From Candidatus Bathyarchaeota archaeon (lineage in GTDB: Archaea; Thermoproteota; Bathyarchaeia; Bathyarchaeales; Bathyarchaeaceae), in the NCBI GenBank assembly GCA_020348365.1, contig CP070749.1, forward strand, positions 472,992 to 505,263: a stretch of DNA of 32,272 nucleotides. The letters are read 5' to 3'. The first letter of the stretch is position 1. The number at the start of each line of letters is the position of its first letter. A program made the position numbers and the translations under genes. Under the pieces are notes generated by a model. The model had not been told where the DNA came from. It did no database searches and saw only the letters and a program-made list of their open reading frames with translations. Positions 26,847 to 32,272 of the stretch are shown here, piece after piece.

Positions 26847-28301
26847 ATGCGAGTCACGAAAAGCCAGATCAATAAGTTTCTGAAAAACGTGTCAGAAGCG
26901 GCTAAGCTCATTTCTGATTGCGTTGAAGCTGAAGGGTTCATTCACGTCACTTCTCATCTGGATGCGGATGGGATAACGGCTGCTGGGATCATTGGAAGAG
27001 CCCTAACAAGATTAGGGGGGACTTTCCGCCTTCGGGTTGAGAGGTGGATGGACGACAATGTTGTTGATGAGATCGCTGGAGATAAGCCCACGCTGGCGAT
27101 CTTTACTGATTTGGGTGGAGGATACCTTGATCTACTGAGTGGGAAACTTAGCGATCAACGTGTGATCATTCTTGATCATCACCAGCCTATTGGCGAGGCT
27201 TCATCGGACATTATGCACATAAATCCTCATCTCCACGGAATCGATGGTTCCCGTGATCTCAGCGGCGCGGGAATAGCATACTTCGTCGCCAAGGCGCTGG
27301 ATGAGAAAAACGTTGATCTGGCTTGCATCGCAGTGGCTGGAGCTCTCGGAGATATCCAGGATAAGTATGAGCAGCGAAGTCTGGGAGGTGCGAACAGAGA
27401 GATAGTGGAAGATGCCGTGGATTCGGGTTATCTTAGGATTGAGAAGGACCTTCTGTTTTTCGGTAGGGAGACGCGCCCGATTCATAAGGCTTTGGCCTAT
27501 ACCACCAGCCCCTATATTCCAGGCTTGAGTGGAGAGGAAGACAAGAGTCTTGCCTTCCTCGCGAGTGTAGAGATCACACCTAAGCACGAAGACAAGTGGC
27601 GTGCGTTGAGAGACCTTTCTTCAGATGAGAAGATGAGACTCTCCTCAGCCCTCAGCGACTATCTAATCTCTAGGGGGTTTCCGAGTGATGTTGCGTTAAG
27701 TCTGGTTGGAACTGTTTACACTCTAACCCGTGAAGAGCCTTGGACTCCGCTTAGGGATGCCAGAGAGTTTACGGTTCTGCTCAACGCCACTGGCAGAATG
27801 AACAGAGCGGGGCTTGGCGTGACCATCTGTATGGGGGATAGGGGGAAGGCGCTTGATGAGGCTGGTGAGATGTTGAATGCGTATAGGCGAAGCATCGCTA
27901 AGTGTTTGAGTTGGGTCAATGAGAAGCCAAATCGGATAGAGGAACTTGATAGTATCTATGTGGTGAGGGGAGAAGGCTTCATCGATGAGAAGATGATCAG
28001 TGCAGTGTCTACTATTCTCTCATCGAGTCTTCCTAAGCCTATGAAGCCTCTTCTTGCCTATTCTAAGGTGTCGGGGGAAGACATGGCCAAGGTCTCGGCG
28101 AGAACGGTGGCGCTCTTGACGGAGAAAGGACTTGACTTGGGGGAGATCCTACGCGTTGCGGGTGAAGAGTGTCATGGTAGAGGTGGGGGGCACGATATTG
28201 CCGCGGGGGCTCAGGTGCCGATGAAGAATATAGCCTCTTTTATTGAACTTGCGGATAAGCTTGTAAAGAAGCAGTTGGAGGGTGTAGAGCTTGGAGGCTG
28301 A
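26847..28301 (+). CDS. DHH/DHHA1 phosphoesterase, archaeal RecJ/Cdc45 (GAN)-like
   Basis: DHH motifs are intact: HLDADGITAAG (I), IFTDLGGG (II), ILDHHQP (III) and GGGHDIAAGA (DHHA1). 484 aa. Confidence 0.85.
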   Translation: MRVTKSQINKFLKNVSEAAKLISDCVEAEGFIHVTSHLDADGITAAGIIGRALTRLGGTFRLRVERWMDDNVVDEIAGDKPTLAIFTDLGGGYLDLLSGKLSDQRVIILDHHQPIGEASSDIMHINPHLHGIDGSRDLSGAGIAYFVAKALDEKNVDLACIAVAGALGDIQDKYEQRSLGGANREIVEDAVDSGYLRIEKDLLFFGRETRPIHKALAYTTSPYIPGLSGEEDKSLAFLASVEITPKHEDKWRALRDLSSDEKMRLSSALSDYLISRGFPSDVALSLVGTVYTLTREEPWTPLRDAREFTVLLNATGRMNRAGLGVTICMGDRGKALDEAGEMLNAYRRSIAKCLSWVNEKPNRIEELDSIYVVRGEGFIDEKMISAVSTILSSSLPKPMKPLLAYSKVSGEDMAKVSARTVALLTEKGLDLGEILRVAGEECHGRGGGHDIAAGAQVPMKNIASFIELADKLVKKQLEGVELGG

Positions 28302-28536
28302 GCTCACGCTTTCTTATGAGGATGAGAGAGAGGCGGAGGCTGTTGTCAAGGCGGTGTCGCCTGATAACTTGGGAGTTTCATCTGGCTTGTTAATTGAGAC
28401 ATTCAGAAGGGGAAGGGAAGTCTTGACGTTGGTGAGATGCGAGATGAGGCTGGAGACGTTCTTAGCCACCATAGACGATCTCCTACGCTGCATTTCAGTT
28501 GCTGAGAAGGCTTTCTCCGCAGCAAAGAAGACCTAA
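28291..28536 (+). CDS. pcc1: KEOPS subunit Pcc1
   Basis: 81 aa. AELTLSYEDEREAEAVVKAVSPDN...LETFLATIDDLLRCISVAEKAF fits the Pcc1 pattern of two strands, a helix and a C-terminal helix. TTG start 6 nt after GGAGGGTG (28277-28284). It overlaps the recJ-like 3' end by 11 nt. Confidence 0.7.
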   Translation: MEAELTLSYEDEREAEAVVKAVSPDNLGVSSGLLIETFRRGREVLTLVRCEMRLETFLATIDDLLRCISVAEKAFSAAKKT

Positions 28537-28619
28537 CCTTGCTTCATCTCGATGAAAACAATCTATGAATGTTCAGATGTAGAAAGCAGAATCCAAGAGA
28601 GGAGCTGGAAGGAGGAGAC

Positions 28620-28763
28620 GTGAAGTCTCGCGGGCTCTCAGAATCAGCTGGATGCTGTGGGGCGCATAAAAGCATGTGGCGAAGTCCGATGGATTTTTAC
28701 ATCATCTTTACAGCTTCAGTTTTGATCAGTGGAGAGATGATTTTGTCCCTCGGATGCACCTAG
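28620..28763 (+). CDS. Possible 47-aa small membrane protein
   Basis: The GTG at 28620 is preceded by GGAAGGAGGAG (GGAGG at 28611-28615). The product VKSRGLSESAGCCGAHKSMWRSPMDFYIIFTASVLISGEMILSLGCT has one C-terminal hydrophobic helix. I recognise no family. Confidence 0.2.
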   Translation: MKSRGLSESAGCCGAHKSMWRSPMDFYIIFTASVLISGEMILSLGCT

Positions 28764-28776
28764 GTTTCCATGGTCT

Positions 28777-29133
28777 CTACTGGACTCTCTTGATATCTTC
28801 CTCTGCTTTGTCGAAGAGCTCCAAAAGGAGCTCAGCCACTCTTCCACCAAACGTGGTCTTCACATAATACTTCTTCAAGGGATCAATAGGCACGCTCTCA
28901 GCCAACCCCTGATCCTCGAGCTCCATCATCCTTGCCCTGAAGGTTCCGTCGCTGATGGTGCGCTCTAATTTGCTCCTGATGAAATCCTTAGCGTCCTTCC
29001 ACCTGCCTTTTTTCAGATGCAGAAGGAAGATGCAGTCTATTGCGTGATCCTTTTCTAACAGAGATTTGAGGGCAGAGAGCCTATCGTCTGTGAGGATGTG
29101 CTTAACCGTTTCTTCAGCTTTCTCCTGTCCCAA
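28777..29133 (-). CDS. Hypothetical winged-helix DNA-binding protein (putative transcriptional regulator)
   Basis: 118 aa with a TTG start. ISDGTFRARMMELEDQGLAESVPIDPLKKYYVKTTFGG looks like a recognition helix plus beta-wing. It is divergent from the surface protein gene. Confidence 0.4.
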   Translation of the reverse strand: MGQEKAEETVKHILTDDRLSALKSLLEKDHAIDCIFLLHLKKGRWKDAKDFIRSKLERTISDGTFRARMMELEDQGLAESVPIDPLKKYYVKTTFGGRVAELLLELFDKAEEDIKRVQ

Positions 29134-29409
29134 ATTGACACCAACCGGCGAATTCTATGGTAGTTTCCTCCTTAAAAGATTTAACCTATATTGCGAAACA
29201 TGACATACGATAGCGGTTTTGAATGTATTTGTTGCTGAAGGCTGCTTTTGTTTCCACGCAAGGTGTGTATGTCGGTTCTCTTCGAGGCTGAAGAAAACAT
29301 GAGATTGATCTCGCGGACTCTGCATTCTGAGCCTTTGAGGACTTTCTCTGTTGCGGGTCACTCTTCTCTATATATATCTGCATGCGTTGTGAATGATTGG
29401 GCTGTTTTC

Positions 29410-29429
29410 GTAAGACGTAAGATTTAATA
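29410..29429 (+). promoter_or_regulatory. Promoter module GTAAGACGTAAGATTTAATA (tandem GTAAGAY heptads plus TATA box), copy 1
   Basis: It lies 41 nt upstream of the surface protein ATG (29471). An identical 20-mer recurs at 32104-32123. Confidence 0.5.
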
Positions 29430-29470
29430 CTGTCTTTCGAGTATTTACTGAATCGTGGATGTGCAGATAA

Positions 29471-32047
29471 ATGAAGAAATGGTTTAGGCTAATCTCTCTT
29501 CTGGCATTGATAATAGCTGGAGCATTTGCTTTTGCAGGTGGATCGCTTCTTCCAGTCACATATGCGACTTACGTAGAAGGGACCATTACTCAAGACACGA
29601 CTTGGACGTTGACGGACAGTCCATTCGTGGTGTCCAAACGCGTAGTTGTTCGTCCAGGCGTCACGTTAACAATAGAGCCTGGAGTCGAGGTGAGGTTCGG
29701 AGGAGATTTCCAGATACTGGTAGAAGGCCGCCTGCAAGCGTGCGGTGAAGAGAATAATACAATAACCTTCACCTCAAACAAAGATCAACCCGGAGCAGGG
29801 GATTGGAATACCACCAGCTTCATTGGAGCCGAACCATCCACGCTAGAGTACTGTGTTATGCAATACGCTAAACACGCAATGACCATCAGCAGTAGTGAAG
29901 TGACGATTGAGAATTGTGAAATATCCAACAATCTTGAGAGTGGAATCAGCATAACTGGTTACAACCAACTCACAATACACGACAATGAGATAAGCCAAAA
30001 CAGAGACGGCGTAGTCTTAACCGGAGGCTCAGCCACAGGAGTGAGCATAGGAGACAATATCATAATGAGCAACTCAGAATCCGGAATAAAACTTGCCGCC
30101 GATAATTATGTAGATCTTGTGATTACGGACAACATTCTCTCAGCCAACAACAACGGATTTCTGGTTTCAGGAGAAGCAAGCACACGTATAACAAGAAACT
30201 CTATCTCCTACAACACAATCGGAATCTTCTACACGGGCGGAAGTAATCACGTAGCAGAAGACAATGACATATACGCCAACATATTGGGCATGGACGTATC
30301 AGCAGGAGCTACCGTCGATGCAGAATACAACTACTGGGGGCACGCAAGCGGACCCTACCATGAATCTTTGAACCCGGCTGGAGAGGGCAATCCTGTTGGC
30401 GGCGTCGGAGCTAATCTAGATTTCATATTCTGGCTAACTGCACCAATCAACCATATCAATAAGCGCCCTACAGCAAGGCTCTATACAGACAAAAACCTTG
30501 TTTCACCGAATCAGACAGTCACATTCCTCGCTACAACCTCAAGTGACGAGGGGCGTGTTGACAAGTACCGCTTCAACTTCGGAGATGGAGAAACTAGCGG
30601 ATGGACAACACTCTCAATCTTCACGCATCAATATTACTCGCTTGGGAGCTACAATGCAAGCGTTACTGTAATGGATGACTTCAGCGTTTGGAGCAACAAT
30701 GAAGCGGGAGCAACAATAGATGTTCAAAACCTCGAACCTACAGAAGTTTCTATTGCTCCAAACCACTGTAGAGTGTTCTCAGAAGCAGAAGTTCCATTGA
30801 CGGTTCAAGTGGCATATGGGGTCAGTGCAGTGGAGAATGCTAACGTTAATCTATTCGCAATAAGAAGCGGAAACCTAACATCTTCATCTGGCTTAACAAA
30901 TTCAACAGGTCACTTCACGACAACATTCATTGCGCCAAACGTGACTCGCATAACTCATGTAAGAATAACTGCAACAGCCTCAAAAAGCGGCTATGCACAA
31001 GGCTCAGACTACATATATGTCACAGTTCTACCGCCAGTACTCGTCGATCTTACAGCCGACCCCGTCTTGATTGAGACTGAAACAACATCCGAGGTGACAG
31101 CTTATGTTACGTATAATGGCCAGCCAGTTGCAGAAACCTTCGTTACCATACGGTCAGATGGAGGAGGCAACTTTTCAGCAACCACTGGGACGACGGACTC
31201 GAATGGCAGATGCACCTTTACCTTCACCGCTCCGAAGATATTGGCCCAGCTTAACATCACCTTGACTGCAATCGCTACGAAGGCCGGATACTTCGAGGGT
31301 ATAGGTCAAAGAGAGATAATTGTGGCACCAAAAGTCTTCATTGTTGAAGTCATAGCCGAGCCAACAACGATCAGTTCTGAAGAGACATCGTCCTTGACCG
31401 TCTACGTCATACGCAACGCCATCCCGATTTCAGAAGTAAACATTACGATGTCCGCGGAGTACGGAAGCTTCTCACCAGAAAATGGAGTCACCGACTCAAA
31501 TGGAGAGGCAACGTTTACTTTCATAGCTCCGCAAACCTTCACACAACTTAATTTCAACATCACAGCGAAGGCCGCAAAGACGGGATACGCTGATTGTGAA
31601 GACCAAGTTGAGATAACCGTAAATCCTGGAACGCTGGGCGTTCATATCACTGCGCTCCCCTTCACAGTCGAGTCAAGAGGCGAAGTGACCATAATCGTTC
31701 ATGTGGCTTACAATGCACAGCCTATTGCAGACGCCCTTGTCACCATACAGTCCGAAGGTGAGGGTGACTTTCCACAAAACGAGGCGGTCACCGACGCAGA
31801 TGGAGACGCCACATTCACCTTCATAGCGCCCGAAGTGAACATGGAATCAGGTGTCGCGATAATAGTGACGGCGGCAAAATCTGGATACGTGAACGGAGAG
31901 AATCTGATAATAGTGACTGTAAGCCCTGCGCAGGGGATATTGGGCTTGCCACCGACAACCATACTCATTATCGTGGTCATAATCGCGGTGGTCGTTATTG
32001 TGCTCATCTTGCTGAAGATGAAGATCATATACATATCTCGGGAGTAG
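29471..32047 (+). CDS. Large secreted, C-terminally membrane-anchored surface protein with beta-helix, PKD and four Ig-like repeat domains (S-layer/adhesin-like)
   Basis: Signal peptide MKKWFRLISLLALIIAGAFAFAGG. PbH1-like repeats (NCEISNN..SGISI, DNEISQN..DGVVL, DNIIMSN..SGIKL, DNILSANNNGFLV) and an AEYNYWGHASGP motif, as in NosD-like beta-helix proteins. PKD-like YRFNFGDGETSGW...GSYNASVTVMDD. Four repeats of about 99 aa. Terminal TM segment TTILIIVVIIAVVVIVLILL followed by KMK. Many N-x-S/T sequons. Confidence 0.85.
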   Translation: MKKWFRLISLLALIIAGAFAFAGGSLLPVTYATYVEGTITQDTTWTLTDSPFVVSKRVVVRPGVTLTIEPGVEVRFGGDFQILVEGRLQACGEENNTITFTSNKDQPGAGDWNTTSFIGAEPSTLEYCVMQYAKHAMTISSSEVTIENCEISNNLESGISITGYNQLTIHDNEISQNRDGVVLTGGSATGVSIGDNIIMSNSESGIKLAADNYVDLVITDNILSANNNGFLVSGEASTRITRNSISYNTIGIFYTGGSNHVAEDNDIYANILGMDVSAGATVDAEYNYWGHASGPYHESLNPAGEGNPVGGVGANLDFIFWLTAPINHINKRPTARLYTDKNLVSPNQTVTFLATTSSDEGRVDKYRFNFGDGETSGWTTLSIFTHQYYSLGSYNASVTVMDDFSVWSNNEAGATIDVQNLEPTEVSIAPNHCRVFSEAEVPLTVQVAYGVSAVENANVNLFAIRSGNLTSSSGLTNSTGHFTTTFIAPNVTRITHVRITATASKSGYAQGSDYIYVTVLPPVLVDLTADPVLIETETTSEVTAYVTYNGQPVAETFVTIRSDGGGNFSATTGTTDSNGRCTFTFTAPKILAQLNITLTAIATKAGYFEGIGQREIIVAPKVFIVEVIAEPTTISSEETSSLTVYVIRNAIPISEVNITMSAEYGSFSPENGVTDSNGEATFTFIAPQTFTQLNFNITAKAAKTGYADCEDQVEITVNPGTLGVHITALPFTVESRGEVTIIVHVAYNAQPIADALVTIQSEGEGDFPQNEAVTDADGDATFTFIAPEVNMESGVAIIVTAAKSGYVNGENLIIVTVSPAQGILGLPPTTILIIVVIIAVVVIVLILLKMKIIYISRE
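30743..31930 (+). repeat. Four tandem repeats of about 297 nt (99-aa Ig-like domains) inside the surface protein gene
   Basis: Repeat units start at 30743, 31037, 31334 and 31631. Each contains a (V/T)TDSNG(E/R)(A/C)TFTF(I/T)AP-type strand and a (T/A)A(K/T)K(S/T/A)GY motif. They are diverged at the DNA level. Confidence 0.8.
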
Positions 32048-32103
32048 GAATGCGTTGCCGTTCGCTGTCAAACAGATTCCGGGAGAATCAGGATAAGTGT
32101 GTA

Positions 32104-32123
32104 GTAAGACGTAAGATTTAATA
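32104..32123 (+). promoter_or_regulatory. Promoter module GTAAGACGTAAGATTTAATA, copy 2
   Basis: An exact 20/20 copy of 29410-29429, 36 nt upstream of the ATG at 32160. Confidence 0.5.
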
Positions 32124-32159
32124 AAACCTGAACAAACCATATAGGTAGGAAAAAGCACA

Positions 32160-32272
32160 ATGTCACAAGTCAAAAAGACACTCGCCAAGCTAAGACGCAT
32201 AAAATTCAGCATTGACCTTGAAAGAATAAGGAAACGAAAGGTAAAATACATACCATCAGCCCCTCCAAAAGC
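32160..32272 (+). CDS. Hypothetical protein, 5' part only (MSQVKKTLAKLRRIKFSIDLERIRKRKVKYIPSAPPK...), runs off the window
   Basis: The frame is open from the ATG at 32160 to the window end, preceded by the duplicated promoter module. Basic N-terminus, and I recognise no family. Confidence 0.3.
   Translation, partial: MSQVKKTLAKLRRIKFSIDLERIRKRKVKYIPSAPPK

Overview
This is a compact archaeal chromosomal segment of roughly mid-40s % GC by eye. It carries about 30 protein genes on both strands, many with overlapping or tightly abutting ends. I found no rRNA, tRNA or CRISPR array by eye. Archaeal origin is supported by ABCE1, archaeal-type triosephosphate isomerase, proteasome beta subunit, NadM-type NMNAT, KEOPS subunits, uS15 and a RecJ/Cdc45-like DHH protein. 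A small winged-helix plus Cys-cluster protein resembling TFE-beta/RPC34 hints at a TACK/Thermoproteota-like lineage, but that is a guess. The content is mostly housekeeping. It includes translation and tRNA modification genes (ABCE1, Sua5, THUMP, Cgi121, Kae1, Bud32, Pcc1, RlmE, uS15). It includes NAD metabolism (nadM, nadC), nucleotide salvage and sanitation (purine PRT, HAM1) and central metabolism (TIM, a glycogen debranching enzyme fragment). It also includes a complete histidine-utilisation operon (formimidoyltransferase-hutI-hutU-hutH). The accessory-looking parts are a decayed tyrosine-recombinase pseudogene between AMMECR1 and a glycosyltransferase, and an 858-aa secreted, membrane-anchored beta-helix/PKD/Ig-repeat surface protein. 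The promoter module of that surface protein is duplicated exactly in front of the next gene. I do not see a convincing multi-gene defence or mobile system. The most unusual items are a Shine-Dalgarno-driven 23-codon poly-Glu micro-ORF just upstream of ABCE1, a stand-alone THUMP gene wedged between Sua5 and Cgi121, and the concentration of all five t6A genes in the window. All functional calls rest on motif recognition from memory. No searches were run, and start codons are often TTG/GTG and uncertain.
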